A stretch of 64,000 nucleotides of DNA from Octopus vulgaris (GCA_951406725.2 OX597838.1:9548001-9612000); one strand, 5' to 3'; shown: positions 12,042-26,330, numbered from the stretch's first letter. The notes: a model not told the origin generated them from the sequence alone. Program-made: numbers and translations.

Positions 12042-13782
12042 TATTTCTTTTATTGCCCTCAAGGGGCTAAACACAGAAGGGACAAACAAGGACAGACAAA
12101 GGGATCAAGTTGATTACATCGACCCCAGTGCGTAACTGGTACTTATTTAATCGACCCCGAAAGGATGAAAGGCAAAGTCGACCTCGGCGGAATTTGAACT
12201 CAGAACGTGACGGCAGACGAAATACCTATTTCTTTACTACCCACAAGGGGCTAAACACAGAGGAGACAAACAAGGACAGACATAGGTATTAAGTCGATTA
12301 TATCGATCCCAGTGCATAACTGGTACTTAATTTATCGACCCCGAAAGGACGAAAGGCAAAGTCGACCTCGGCGGAATTTGAACTCAGAACGTAGCGGCAG
12401 ACGAAATGCCTATTTCTTTACTAACCTCAAGGGGCTAAACAGAGAGAGGACAAACAAGGACAGACAAAGGGATTAAGTCGATTACATCGACCTCAGTGCG
12501 TAACTGGTACTTTATTTATCGACCCCGAAAGGACGAAAGGCAAAGTCGACCTCGGCGGAATTTGAACTCAGAACGTAGCAGCAGACTAAATACCTATTTC
12601 TTTACTAACCTCAAGGGGCTCAACACAGAGGGGACAAACAAGAACAGAGAAAGGGATTAAGTCGATTGTATCGACCCCAGTGCGTAACTGGTACTTAATT
12701 TATCGACCCCGAAAGGACGAAAGGCAAAGTCGACCTCGGCGGAATTTGAACTCAGAACGTAACGACAGACTAAATACCTATTTCTTTACTAACCTCAAGG
12801 GGCTCAACACAGAGGGGACAAACAAGGACAGACAAACGGATTAAGTCGATTGCATCGACCCCAGTGCGTAACTGGTACTTATTTAATCGACCCCGAAAGG
12901 ATGAAAGGCGAAGTCGACCTCGGCGGAATTTGAACTCAGAACGTAGCGGCAGACGAAATACCTATTTCTTTACTACCCACAAGGGGCTAAACACAGAGGG
13001 GACAAACAAGGACAGACATAGGTATTAAGTCGATTACATCGACCCCAGTGCGTAACTGGTACTTAATTTATCGACCCCGAAAGGATGAAAGGCGAAGTCG
13101 ACCTCGGCGGAATTTGAACTCAGAACGTAACGGTAGACGAAATACCTATTTCTTTATTACCCACAAGGGGCTAAACACAGAGAGGACAAACAAGGACAGA
13201 CAAAGGGATTAAGTCGATTATATCGACCTCAGTGCGTAACTGGTACTTTATTTATCGACCCCGAAAGGACGAAAGGCAAAGTCGACCTTGGCGGAATTTG
13301 AACTCAGAACGTAGCGGCAGACGAAATGCCTATTTCTTTACTAACCTCAAGGGGCTAAACAGAGAGAGGACAAACAAGGACAGACAAAGGGATTAAGTCG
13401 ATTACATCGACCTCAGTGCGTAACTGGTACTTTATTTATCGACCCCGAAAGGACGAAATGCAAAGTCGACCTCGGCGGAATTTGAACTCAGAACGTAGCA
13501 GCAGACGAAATACCGCTAAACATTTCGCCCGGCGTGCTAACGATTCTTATTTCTTTATTGCCCACAAGGGGCTAAACATAGAGGAAACAGACAAGGGCAA
13601 ACAAACGGAATAAGTCGATTACATCGACCCCGGTGCGTAACTGGTACTTTATTTTATCGACCCCGAAAGGACGAAAGGCAAAGTCGACCTCGGCGGAATT
13701 TGAACTCAGAACGTAACGGCAGACGAAATACCGCTAAGCATTTCGCCCGGCGTGCTAACGTTTCTGCCAGCTCGCCCGCCTT
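12042..13782 (-). repeat. Head-to-tail array of 9 x ~184-bp SINE family C units
   Basis: Units start (TATTTCTT) near 12042, 12227, 12411, 12594, 12779, 12963, 13147, 13331, 13548. B box GTTCAAATTCC in each; full A-box head only at 13730-13782. TSD AAATACATTATA(C/T)AT at 12027-12041 and 13784-13798. Confidence 0.92.
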
Positions 13783-14336
13783 GAAATACATTATATATTG
13801 CGAGGTTAATTGACTCAGACGTGGTGGGGATTACAATGATTTGCTAATATCTTTAACGTCGGGTGTAAATATAAGGTAAATATACGAACACTTCAGACTA
13901 CAGATGATGACACATCATCTTATTTATATATGCAATTTATGCAGCTTCTAGAATTTATACAATCAACAGACGAATGGACGTTCTGATAACCTTTATATCC
14001 TTTGCCTCGTTTATCTTCTCTTCCATGGCACCTCCTATTATTTCTTCTACTACTACTACTACTACTACTACTACCACTTCTCGTCTCCTTAAATCTTCAT
14101 TCCGACTAACGCCACCGCTACCACCACCATCACCACCGCCACCACCATCACCACCGCCACCAAACACACCGCCTCGGCCGTGGACATTTTCCAGAATGTT
14201 TAGACAACAAACCGTCGCCGCCAAACTTAATGAGCTGCCAATCAGTCAGAGCTAATTAGAATGACTATGTCTCCTTTTTCTCTTTTTCTCTTTCTTTTTT
14301 TTTTGTGTTTTTGTCTTTAGCAGAGAGCTTACTAAT

Positions 14337-14980
14337 CATCATCGCCGTCGTCGTCATCGTCGTCATCACCATAATCATCATCATCATCATCATCATCAAC
14401 AACAACAATAGCAGTAGGAGTAGGAGTAGTGGTAGTAGCAGAAGTAAAAGAAGCAACAGCACTAATAGTAGTAGTACTAGTGGTGGTGGTGGTGGTGGTA
14501 GTGGTGGTGGTGGTGGTGGTGGTAGTGGTGGTGGTGGTGGTGTTAGTGGTGGTGGTGGTGGTGGTGGTATTGGTGATGGTGGTGGTGATGGTGGTGGTGG
14601 TGGTGGTAGTGGTGGTGGTGGTGGTGGTGGTATTGGTGGTGGTGGTGGTGGTGGTGGTGGTGGTGGTGGTAGTGGTGGTGGTGGTATTGGTGGTGGTATT
14701 GGTGGTGGTGGTGGTGATGGTGGTGGTGGTGGTGGTAGTGGTGGTGGTGGTGGTGGTGGTATTGGTGGTGGTGGTGGTGATGGTGGTGCTGGTGGTGGCG
14801 GTGATGGCGGTGGTAGTGGCGGTGGTGGCGGTGGTGGTGGTGGTTTTAGCAGCAGTAGTGGCGCAGCAACGGCAACAGCGGCGGCAGCGGAAGCAGCGGA
14901 AGCAGCGGAAGCAGCGGAAGCAGCAGCAGCAGCAACAGCAACAGCAGCAGCAGTAGTAGTAGTAGCAGCAGTAGCAGCAG
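14337..14980. repeat. (CAT)/(GGT)/(GCA) trinucleotide microsatellite block
   Basis: Direct inspection. Confidence 0.95.
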
Positions 14981-14994
14981 TGTATGGCTGTGGT

Positions 14995-15345
14995 TCGACA
15001 CTATGACGGTGACATCATCACCGTAAGCAGATACACTTCTTCCACATCCTACATCACGTGGGACACCCCTCACAGCCTCCAACTTCCGCAGCAGTGGTTC
15101 AAGAGTCAGTACGTAGAGAAGGGAGGGAGAGAGGGTACCCTTCACGGACCGAACGCAAGATACTGAATGGCTCCGACAGGTGACCATTCACCTGAAAAAC
15201 CGAGCAGATGGCGCTGTGTAAAGCAGTGATCCAACAGCGGGAAACTGGACCGAAAAAGCTGCCCTGAGGACAACCGCCAAGTATTGGTGATCGACCCTAT
15301 CAAAAGCTTCAGGTTGATCTAAATTCATCAGAGCCCCATCCATGC
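14995..15345 (-). pseudogene. L1/Tx1-clade reverse transcriptase fragment (frameshifted)
   Basis: NLDQPEAFDRVDHQYL...VNGHLSEPFSILRSVR...LSPSLLYVLTLEPLLRKL...SAYGDDVTVIV. Confidence 0.85.
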
Positions 15346-15551
15346 CAGCTTCGTTACCAATTTTTTTAAATGGACAAAAAGTCCGAAATTCGCCCCAAAA
15401 AGGGGAAAATTTTCAACGCAAGTACTCCTTCTGCAGACCAAAAGGGGTTCGGATAACAAAAACCAACAAACAGTCAATAAACTTGAAAAATAACAACAAA
15501 TTTCAAACTCACAGAACTCTGGAAACAAACGTCTCACCTCGACGACGACTC

Positions 15552-15605
<54 letters not shown>

Positions 15606-15607
15606 TA

Positions 15608-15654
<47 letters not shown>

Positions 15655-15931
15655 AATAATAGTAATAACAATAACAATAATAATCATTTTTTTCTAGTAT
15701 TTTCTTATTTTGGCACAAGGCCAGCCGTTCTGAGGAGAGAGAGAGCAAGTCGATTGCATCCACCCGACCCCTAAATCGCACTCCAGCACTTGATTAATAC
15801 ATATTTGATCGATCTCGAAAGAGTGACCGGCAAAGTCGGGTTCGACGGAATTTGAAGAGTGAAATTAATCGGAGGAAATACCGCAAATATTCTTTTCCGA
15901 TGTTGTAGCAAACCTGTTGCCTCAATACTGA

Positions 15932-16009
<78 letters not shown>

Positions 16010-16046
16010 CAGCAGCAGCAGTAGTAGTAGTAGTAGTAGCAGCAGC

Positions 16047-16106
<60 letters not shown>

Positions 16107-16733
16107 TGTAGTAGTAGTAGTTGTGTAAACCATTTTCGTTTTTGCCTAATTGTCATCGTGTCTTGTAATTACCAACAACGCCCCAAATAAGAAAAATAAA
16201 CAAATTAAATTCAACTTTAATTAGCTCAGATATTTTAAATACACAAATAAATAAATAACTAAATAAATAAATAAGTAAATAAGTAAATAAATACACAGTA
16301 AAATCTGGTGAGGATCGATAGACTAAACAAACTTCTGTTTCTTTCCCTAATAATACTTTAGTTCGGTGATTAGTTTCGTATTCTTTTTAGGTTGGTCATG
16401 TTAGGAAGTGTGCGTGTGTAGACAATAGCCAAGCTGAGGTTTGATTAAGTCTCCAAATATTTTATTAACCTGCGTCGTTATATTTACATTCGTACATTCA
16501 ATAAATTAGTAGATCAATGTTGAATATATCGGTGAGGAAGCTTCTGTATAAATGTAATGGAGATAATATAAGGAAATGAATCACTTCATATAATTAATAT
16601 GTGCTTCTGGACATTATTACCAATCCGAATATGTGTGTGGCACGTTTGGACTCGTAAATAAGTCAGTCACTGTGTTTTGTCATGGAGCAAAATTTCTTAC
16701 TGGAAAGAGAATGGTGTTAATACACCTATATTA

Positions 16734-17150
16734 TATTTCTTTACTGCCCACAAGGGGTTAAACACAGAGGGGACAAACAAAGACAGACAAACGGATTAAG
16801 TCGATTACATCGACCCCCAGTGCGTAACTGGTACTTAATTTATCGACCCCGAACGGATGAAAGGCAAAGTCAACCTCGGCGGAATTTGAACTCAGAACGT
16901 AGCGGCTGACGAAATACCTATTTCTTTACTACCCACAAGGGGCTAAACACAGAGAGGACAAACAAGGACAGACAAAGGGATTAAGTCGATTACATCGACC
17001 CCAGTGCGTAACTGGAACTTAATTTATCGACCCCGAAAGGATGAAAAGCAAAGTCGACCTCGGCGGAATTTGAACCCAGAATGTAACGACAGACGAAATA
17101 CGGCTACGCATTTCGCCCGGCGTCCTAACGTTTCTGCCAGCTCGCCGCCT
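16734..17150 (-). mobile_element. SINE family C dimer
   Basis: Two units joined at the same GAAATA|GGTATTTC junction; full head at the right end. Confidence 0.9.
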
Positions 17151-17305
17151 TGTTTGCACCGAAATATTATCAGAGAAACAATCTCATTCATCAGTTCGCA
17201 ACGCCACCCTGTTTAGTGTGTGCAACCGAAAAGGAGATACGACGCCGAAATTCTTGCATCTCACAGTCTGGGCAGGTGGTGCTGCGAACTGATATTGGTG
17301 TATTA

Positions 17306-17536
17306 GGCGCCGAGCTGGCAGAAACGTTAGCACACCGGGCGAAATGCTTAGCAGTATTGCGTCTGTCGTTGCGTTCTGAGTTCAAATTCCGCCGAGGTCG
17401 ACTTTGCCTTTCATCCTTTCGGGGTCGATAAATTAAGTACCAGTTACGCACTGGGGTCAATGTAATCGACTTAATCCGTTCGTCTGTCCTTGTTTGTCCC
17501 CTCTATGTTTAGCCCCTTGTGGGCAATAAAGAAACA
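17306..17536 (+). mobile_element. SINE family C, full-length monomer (tRNA-like head, Nin/Deu-like central domain)
   Basis: A box TGGCAGAAACG, B box GTTCAAATTCC, central GCCTTTCATCCTTTCGGGGTCGATAAATTAAGTACC; perfect 15-bp TSD GATATTGGTGTATTA at 17291-17305 and 17537-17551. Confidence 0.92.
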
Positions 17537-17931
17537 GATATTGGTGTATTAACACCATTCTGTCTACAGCGAAAAAGTATCTTCATGACAAAGCACAGTG
17601 AATGGCTTATTTACGAGTCGAAACGTGCCACTCGCATACTTGAACTGGTAATGACATTACATCTCTACACTTCACTGCTTAGCGCCCTCCCCCCCCTCTG
17701 TAACTAAACGTAAAGGTTGGTGCCTTTTGTCAACGATGACATAAGCGTGTTACTTAAAAGCGGAAGAGGAAGGGAGATAATTCATTGAAACAAGCGACGT
17801 AGAAACCCTTAGGCGGCTTAGCGAATTCTCAGATTAGGGTGAATTTGCCCGTCTTTTTATAGCTGGTAACTAATCTTCTAGAATCTAGGGCCAAACTGTT
17901 TGTTAGAAAAATTCACATACTTTTTCTTTTT

Positions 17932-18318
17932 GGAGGCGCAATGGCCCAGTGTTTAGGGCAGCGGACTCGCGGTCATAGGATCGCGGTTTCGATTCCCAGA
18001 CCGGGCGTTGTAAGTGTTTATTGAGCGAAAGCACCTAAAGCTCCACGACGCTCCGGCAGGGGATGGTGGTGATCCCTGCTGTACTCTTTCACCACAACTT
18101 TCTCTCACTCTTACTTCCTGTTTCTGCTGTACCTGTATTTCAAAGGGCCGGCCTTGTCACTCTCTGTGTCACGCTGAATATCCCCGAGAACTACGTTAAG
18201 GGTACACGTGTCTGTGGAGTGCTCAGTCACTTACACGTTAATTTCACGAGCAGGCTGTTCCGTTGATTCGGATCAACCGGAACCCTCGTCGTCGTAACCG
18301 ACGGAGTGCTTCCATCCC
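17932..18318 (+). mobile_element. SINE family B, full-length
   Basis: tRNA-like head (A box TGGCCCAGTG, B box GTTTCGATTCC); 13-bp TSD ACTTTTTCTTTTT at 17919-17931 and 18319-18331. Confidence 0.92.
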
Positions 18319-19209
18319 ACTTTTTCTTTTTTAAGATTGTCGGTCATAATAAGTCACCCAGTGCTGATCGGCTGAGCAATACTTAGGAGGCATTTATAGT
18401 TTTTATGGCGACGTTTTTCCTAGTCAAAGAAAATCTGAGAGCTATGGTTCAAATCTCAGCTGGAGACTTACAACAAGTACCTTTAAAACCACATTATACT
18501 ACTGGCTTTGTTTGCAATCTTTTTTTTTAAAATTCTACGAAGAGACCAGTATCCAGACAAGACCCTGGACACTTTAGATGTCTTAATGAAAATGCAATAC
18601 AGTCTGCGAGTGTAGTTTGATAACATGCACCATACTTTCGTCAATTGCTTTAGGTGCCTATGTAGTCGCGAGCAGAAGCTGACTCTAGTCATGGCTCCTT
18701 TATTTTAGGCCCAGGCGAGTATCAGAGAGTAAGGAGAGCACCAGAGCCTTAATTTTATTAATTTACGCAGTTGAGTAGAGTAGAGCAGCGTCAAATTTAG
18801 TGCTTTACTCAAGAACACAGTGCTTCGTCCGTTCCAGGAATTGAACCCACAATGTTATGGTCAGGAATCGAACACCTTAACCATCAGGCTAATCACCTTG
18901 AATACGCTTCAATCCTTCTGTTACTAAATTTCTCCTGAAACAAACTGCCTAAGTTTCAATTAATTTTGAAACTAATGAAGAATTTGGTTTCAATTAATTT
19001 TGCAATAATTAAAAATATACTGGAATTTGAAGATAAGGAAGAATTTAGAAAATAATGGAAAAATAAGAATTTGTCATTATTAAGCTGGTGTTTAGAGCAT
19101 AAATTAAACATACAATTCTACTGGGAGGTTTTAATTTACATCGTCGCAAACAATAAAGGTTGCATCATTGAATAGAAGAGGTCTCAGACAGGTTGGTATC
19201 AAAAGGTTA

Positions 19210-19720
19210 ATGGAAAGAAGCCGAAAATCAGACAAGAATCAGTTCCTGAAGTATTCATATTTCAAAGCGGTACGAATAAAGGTAGAATTCTGAGTCTTTC
19301 AGAAATGAACTTCTTTTCACGAAAAACAAAAGTAGTCTTGAGCATACACTAAAGGTAACGTATTGTGAAAAAGCAGCCATTTAAATATACCACCGAACAG
19401 TCCAGAACAAAGCAGGAACTGTACAGGAAGTTGTATCTTCCTCCCACCAGAATACACACTGTCTCCTTCGTTAGCAGTGAGACTGTTCGTCGCCATATTG
19501 ATAAGATTAAAGAATTTATCACACCACAATGAAATGAATTATTTCAGAAGTCCGAATTTCCGTTGGAACTTTGAAGAATCAATGGTCTGAGAATGCGGAG
19601 CCATTATACTAGTTTATGTCCGGTTCAGACACAATTAAAAATTCAGAGAAGACTCATTATTGTTTTCTGGATCTCTGGCCACCAGTATCATCGCACAAGA
19701 GAGCTACACTGTTGTGTAAT
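19210..19720 (+). pseudogene. hAT (Charlie/Buster-type) transposase relic
   Basis: Degenerate ...SSETVRRHID...QKSEFPLELEES...AIILVYVRF resembles LSNDTVRRRI...FSLQLDES...LLVYVRF; several stops and frameshifts. Confidence 0.6.
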
Positions 19721-19789
19721 AATTATCTTAATGATAATGATATGCTTGTAGCTAACGACGTTTTTAATTAAACGTTTCAATTTCCAGTA

Positions 19790-20190
19790 TCAGTTTCAAT
19801 TCTCTTCAATTCAGTTGCTTCAGCCACAAGGTCATTTTAAAATTACAGCAGATAAGCACAGACAGTACACAGAATAAAACATTTATGGTTGGCTGAACCG
19901 GCGGAATTCTAAGATATAGCCCCCCACCCCAACCATCACAGATCCTTCTCCATGTTTAACAATTGGAATAAGTTGGGTCAAATGCTTCTTTCGGCTGTCT
20001 TCACACGTATACTCGGCCGGTGGTCGGAAATAAGGTAAAGGATGACTCGTCCGAAAGAATAACATTCTTCCACTGCCCTAGGGACCAATTCTGTAGGTTT
20101 TTACTCCACTCTAAACGATTTGCAGCGTTTGTTTTGTTTTTTGGGGTTTTTTTTAAAGTAGTGGATTTCTGATTGCAGCCTTCCCGTGAA
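19790..20190 (-). pseudogene. Tc1-type transposase relic (internal part deleted)
   Basis: RLEWSKNLQNWSLGQWKNVILSDESSFTLFPTTGRVYV and PIVKHGEGSVMV. Confidence 0.85.
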
Positions 20191-20873
20191 ATGGATATGA
20201 ATGTAAACAGATATACATACAGACGGATAGGTACATAGGTAATATGAACAGACAAGCACATATACATATGCAAATGAAGACTGAAACACATGACTATATA
20301 CACACACACTTCACTTCACACAAGGACACATATGGAGACACACATCCATACATACTGACACAGTACATAGTCACTAAAAAACCTATACACACACACACAC
20401 ATGCAAACACACAAACACACATACATATCAAAACACACAAACTTATGAACATGCAGAATAATTACATACAAACGTACATATACACACACACATGCAAACA
20501 CGCAAAAACACACACATACATGCATACAGACACTTACATGCATGCATACATACATACATGCATACATACATACATGCATACATACATACATATATGCATA
20601 CATGTCTATGCGCACGCACACTGACCCACACACATGCGCACAAACAGGCAAAAAGAACGCAGCTCGGACGACGGACAGAATCAACAACTATGAAAAACGT
20701 TGAAAGAAGCAACGAAAATTTTATGAAAAATAAATAAGTAAATGAGCGAAAACTTTACCAGTGAGTGTGTTAAATTATAAGGCACCAAAAGAGAATGACT
20801 CACCCCAGACACAACACTATATATATACATATTGATAAATAGATAGATATAGATATATAGATATCTATATATA

Positions 20874-20956
<83 letters not shown>

Positions 20957-21630
20957 CACACATATATGTGTGTGTGTGTGTGAGAGAGGACAATACATGG
21001 AGTCAGATAAATGAAAGCATGTGACTAAAAGTGTGTAGAAATATATAACGAGAAAACAATAGTCATAGAAATGTACATAGAAATGCACACCAAAGTAAGA
21101 AACACATGGAAGTCTGACGCTTCGGATTATATATTTTATCAAATAAAAGTAAAAGAACTAGGAGTGGCAAGAGAAAAAGAAAGATGAATGATACCAAATG
21201 TAAGACACCTTTTTACATAGCACGTCTAATGTGTGGACCCGTGCGTGTGTGCATGTGTGCATATATATACGTATATATATATGAACATATGTAGATATAT
21301 TCATACATGTGTGTATATGCATGTGTATGTATGTGGCTAAGAGCTAAATGATGAACGAAACATATTTATTGTTTTCGTTTTAGCAATCGTCGAATTAATG
21401 AGAAAAGAAAGCAAAGCATTCGAGATATATGGAAGTCTTGTGGGAAATGCGTAGATGGAACGACGAATGGCAAGATGAAACAAAATATATCTTTCGTATG
21501 TAATTTAGCTTTCAGCAAGATTAAAAGTTTATAAATCATGCTCCAACTTCGTTTACACGCATACATACATATATACATACATGCATACATATATACATAT
21601 ATATGTATATATATATATACATACACCCAC

Positions 21631-21907
<277 letters not shown>

Positions 21908-21928
21908 CATACATACATACATATATAT

Positions 21929-21970
<42 letters not shown>

Positions 21971-22709
21971 TATATCTATGTTCATAAATATTATATGGAT
22001 ATGTACATATATAACATGTATATATATATATATCCATCTATCCATCTATCTATCTATCTACGTATGTATATATGTGTGTATATGAATATTCTTAATACGT
22101 AATCAGACGAGCAATCGCATAGTTTTTAAACCACTTCAGCCTAATAAATCCAGGCTATAAATATTGACATAAAGAAAAAGGAAAAGGAAATAAACACTTC
22201 TACCGGCGACTACAAAAGGAACAAAGCATCCTTCTCTCAGCTGGGCGGTCTTCTTTCAGACGAGGAATATTTCTTATGTATACACCGGCCCTACTACTAT
22301 TACATATGTTTTTTTTTCTCCTTCATTGCCTGCCGATGTTTATTGGTTTTATTTTACCGTCAGTTGGCAATTAGACGTTGAGCAATGCTGGATATTACAG
22401 CGAGGAGAAAATGAATTTAAAGCTTCCAATTGTAATGACTGTTTTATTGACTCTGCGAACAATAAAACAGCAGAACTCAACAGAAATAGCCATCGTAACA
22501 TTCTCATCTGCTCCATTACTCCGTTTCCGTTTCCTCTTATATAACGTTTGTTTGCTGTTTTTGTTCTTTATTTCCGTATTACGTCTCTTTTTTTTTCCTT
22601 ATTGATCGTTTCTTTTCTTTCTTTTTCTTTTTTTTTTGGTGGGGGGGGCTGGGGAATCTGCATTCTTAATTCCTTCCTTTCGTTCCTGCCGTCTCTCCCT
22701 CCCTTTCTT

Positions 22710-22747
<38 letters not shown>

Positions 22748-22864
22748 ACTACACACACATCTATATACATGTATGTATACACACACACATACACACACAC
22801 ACACATCTATATACATGTATGTATGTATACACACACACATACACACACACATACACACATACAT

Positions 22865-22903
<39 letters not shown>

Positions 22904-22904
<1 letters not shown>

Positions 22905-24012
22905 AGAGGCATACCTCGGCTCAAGGCATTTCGATTTAAGTCGTTCTCGAATATACGTCGGTTTTCAAAAATAATATATGGAAAAATAAAAATCAAGTTA
23001 AGGCATTTTACTCGACTTTACGTCTGTCCACCTCAAATATTGGAATCCTAAAATCACTTGAAGACCGTTAAAAGCACAAAATCATGTTACTGTACAATAA
23101 ATAGGAATAAAAGCATATAAAATCATATTAAATTAAGTACAGTAAATGTTAAGATACACACCGTAAAGTAGTGTAGCTTAGTGAACGAAATCATGAAATC
23201 AGCTGTGTTGCCTTATTTATCGGTCTTTCGGGGCTCATATTGCTCTGTAGTTCCAATATCTACCGTTAGGCGTCGTTGTCACTCGTGATTCCCACACTTG
23301 TTTTGAATTCAGATTTGTTTACGTCCGTTTATCGGCTACTTTCTCATTCTCATTCATTTGTGACTTTATTTTTTGCTCCAATGTCTCCTAAGAAAATCCA
23401 CAGTGAAATTGCTAAGCGTCACGCTATAACGCTGGGAGATAAACTGGCTATGATAAAACACCATAGAAATATTGAAAAAGTGGTAGCAATTGCACGGTCT
23501 TTTCGGATGAGTTGGACAACTCTATCGACGATTGAACATAATAAGGACAAGATTTTAGGCTGTACAGAACATAACAGCGGCATGGAATGATGTACAGAGC
23601 ACGGCTATGAATGGTGTATGGAAGAAGCTATGCCTGCAATTTGTGAATGATTTTAAGGGGTTTAATAATGTTGCCATCAACAAAACGTTGGTGATGATGA
23701 GTAAAGGGCTGGAAATGGATTTGGATGAGGAGGATTTCACAAATATATTTGAAAAAGACAAGCAGCTCCTGACGAAAGAGAATTTTATAGAGCTTCACGA
23801 GCAGCAAAATAAAGAAGAAGAAAAGGAAGTCGAACATCGGACACGTCATCTTACCTTTAAGAAAACGCAGCGAGCATTTGCATATATCGAAAGAGGTATT
23901 TCTATGATCAAGGATATGGATTCAAATGTTCAGCGCTTTTCCAAGATTATGAGGACTTGTCACGAAGCTTTTGCTCCTTATAATGTAATCCTTGAGGAAA
24001 AGAAGAAGACAG
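22904..24012 (+). mobile_element. pogo/Tigger-like DNA transposon, internally deleted, right end lost
   Basis: Tigger-like terminus AGGCATACCTCG; CENP-B-type HTH RHAITLGDKLAMIKHH...TLSTIEHNKDKI; C-terminal MNGVWKKLCLQFVNDFKGF. The catalytic core is missing. Confidence 0.8.
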
Positions 24013-24014
24013 TT

Positions 24015-24247
24015 CAAAGAAGGCGACTGAAGAAGGGGAATTATCCTTGTGTTGTATGACTTGTACCCTGTTTTTTCGTTGTTTAAAAAAAATGTCCGTT
24101 TCCATGGTTCTGCTTTTATGTTTTCGTTTCTCATTATGTTCGACGGTTTTTTTGGTGTCCTGTACCTATATATACATGTATATATACATATAGATGTAGG
24201 CACGTACATATATGTATGTATATATGTATGTTTTATTTATTATTTTG

Positions 24248-24250
<3 letters not shown>
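24015..24250 (+). repeat. Interspersed repeat ending in (TA)n, homologous to 57926-58210 (minus)
   Basis: CTGA(A/T)GAAGGGGAA...GGTGTCCTGTAC...ATAGATGTAGG shared by both copies; possibly a PLE terminal repeat. Confidence 0.7.
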
Positions 24251-24288
<38 letters not shown>

Positions 24289-24315
24289 TACATACATATA
24301 TATATATATACATAC

Positions 24316-24350
<35 letters not shown>

Positions 24351-24358
24351 ACACACAA

Positions 24359-24507
<149 letters not shown>

Positions 24508-24732
24508 TATAGGTAAGAATGTTCTGTGCATTACCATCCCACGCGCATTGCTAATAAAATACGTGTCTAGGCAAGGTTTTTTCCCACACAGTTCAATTAA
24601 TTTTAGTTTTATTACTCTGATATCGATTCCCTTCGATATTTTCATTCGCATATACAATTTCTTCAATTAAAACACGCTCGAATTTAGTGTCATATAAATC
24701 TTCCTTGTTTGTTACTATTATTATCGTCGTCG

Positions 24733-24768
<36 letters not shown>

Positions 24769-24789
24769 GCTTCAACATTATGACTTTTA

Positions 24790-24836
<47 letters not shown>

Positions 24837-24983
24837 GGTTCTGTTTATTTTTCGGTGTATTTCATTCCTTTTAACACCGACGACTTCCTTGTGATTATTA
24901 TATAAAACATCTTAACCACAATGTTATTAGTTATATATATATATATATATATATACATTATACATACATATACATACATACAT

Positions 24984-25041
<58 letters not shown>

Positions 25042-25090
25042 GTATATTTATATAGAGATTCATGCTTATACATATGTATACATATATGCA

Positions 25091-25121
25091 TATAATAATA
25101 ATGATAATAATAATAATAATG

Positions 25122-25167
<46 letters not shown>

Positions 25168-25297
25168 TAATAATGATAATAATAATGATAATAATAATTA
25201 TAATAATAATGATAATAATAATAATAATAATAATGATAATAATAATAATAATAATAATGATAATAATAATAATAATAATGATAATAATAATAATAAC

Positions 25298-25359
<62 letters not shown>

Positions 25360-25490
25360 TAATAATAATAATAATGATAATAATGATAATAATAATGATA
25401 ATAATAATTATAATAATAATGATAATAATAATAATAATAATAATAATGATAATAATAATAATAATAATGATAATAATAATAATAATAATG

Positions 25491-25584
<94 letters not shown>

Positions 25585-25604
25585 TAATAATAATAATAAT
25601 AATA
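25091..25604. repeat. (TAA)n/(TGA) microsatellite, target of the Dong-like element
   Basis: Direct inspection. Confidence 0.95.
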
Positions 25605-26330
25605 AACGCAAAAGAAATAGACAAAGAAAAATCCCAGCAATGGTTGAGAAGCTCAGGACTCAAAGCAGAAACAGAGGGATTTTTAATTGCAGCACAAGAC
25701 CAAAGCCTCCCCACCAGAAATTACCAAAAACATGTAATGAAAAGAAATATTACAAGTAACTGCAGAATATGTGGAGATAGACAAGAAACAATAAATCATA
25801 TTATCTCTAGCTGCCCAGTCCTGGCTAAGAAGGAATATATTCACAGACATGACAGAGTTGGAACCTACATACATTGGAAGCTATGCCAACATTATGGAAT
25901 AACAACAGAAAAAAGATGGTATAGGCACACACCAGAAAAGGTCACAGAAAACGAGAAAGCAACCATACTCTGGGATATGCCGATACACACAGATAGAGAA
26001 ATTAAGGCCAACAGACCAGATATAGTTGTCAGAGATCATGAAGAAAAAAAATGCTTTTTAATTGATGTATCAATACCGGCAGATGACAACGTGTCTCTAA
26101 AAGAAATGGAGAAACTCTCAAAATACAAAGACCTGGAAATAGAGGTAACTAGAATGTGGAATCTGAAAACAGAAACAATTCCTATCATAGTAGGTGCATT
26201 AGGCATGATAAAAAAATATTCAGACAAATACATAACAAAAACACCAGGACTTACAAACACATATAACATACAGAAAATTGCGCTACTAGGCACTGCCCAC
26301 ATCCTACGCAGAACACTTTCCATACAATAA
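25605..26330 (+). CDS. C-terminal zinc knuckle + restriction-like endonuclease of an R4/Dong element (partial, uninterrupted)
   Basis: [30 protein letters not shown] (CCHC), RHD, NRPDIV...[20 protein letters not shown]. Confidence 0.9.
   Translation, partial: NAKEIDKEKSQQWLRSSGLKAETEGFLIAAQDQSLPTRNYQKHVMKRNITSNCRICGDRQETINHIISSCPVLAKKEYIHRHDRVGTYIHWKLCQHYGITTEKRWYRHTPEKVTENEKATILWDMPIHTDREIKANRPDIVVRDHEEKKCFLIDVSIPADDNVSLKEMEKLSKYKDLEIEVTRMWNLKTETIPIIVGALGMIKKYSDKYITKTPGLTNTYNIQKIALLGTAHILRRTLSIQ

Noticed and set aside
12042-13782. CRISPR-like regular array
   Set aside because: The whole 184-bp unit repeats with no unique spacers, there are no cas genes, and the context is eukaryotic.
17932-18008. 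tRNA gene
   Set aside because: A/B boxes are present but there is no proper acceptor stem; it continues into a multi-copy SINE body with a TSD.
25062-25604. Poly-Ile N-terminus of the 422-aa ORF
   Set aside because: It is (TAA)n read in the ATA frame, not part of the element protein.
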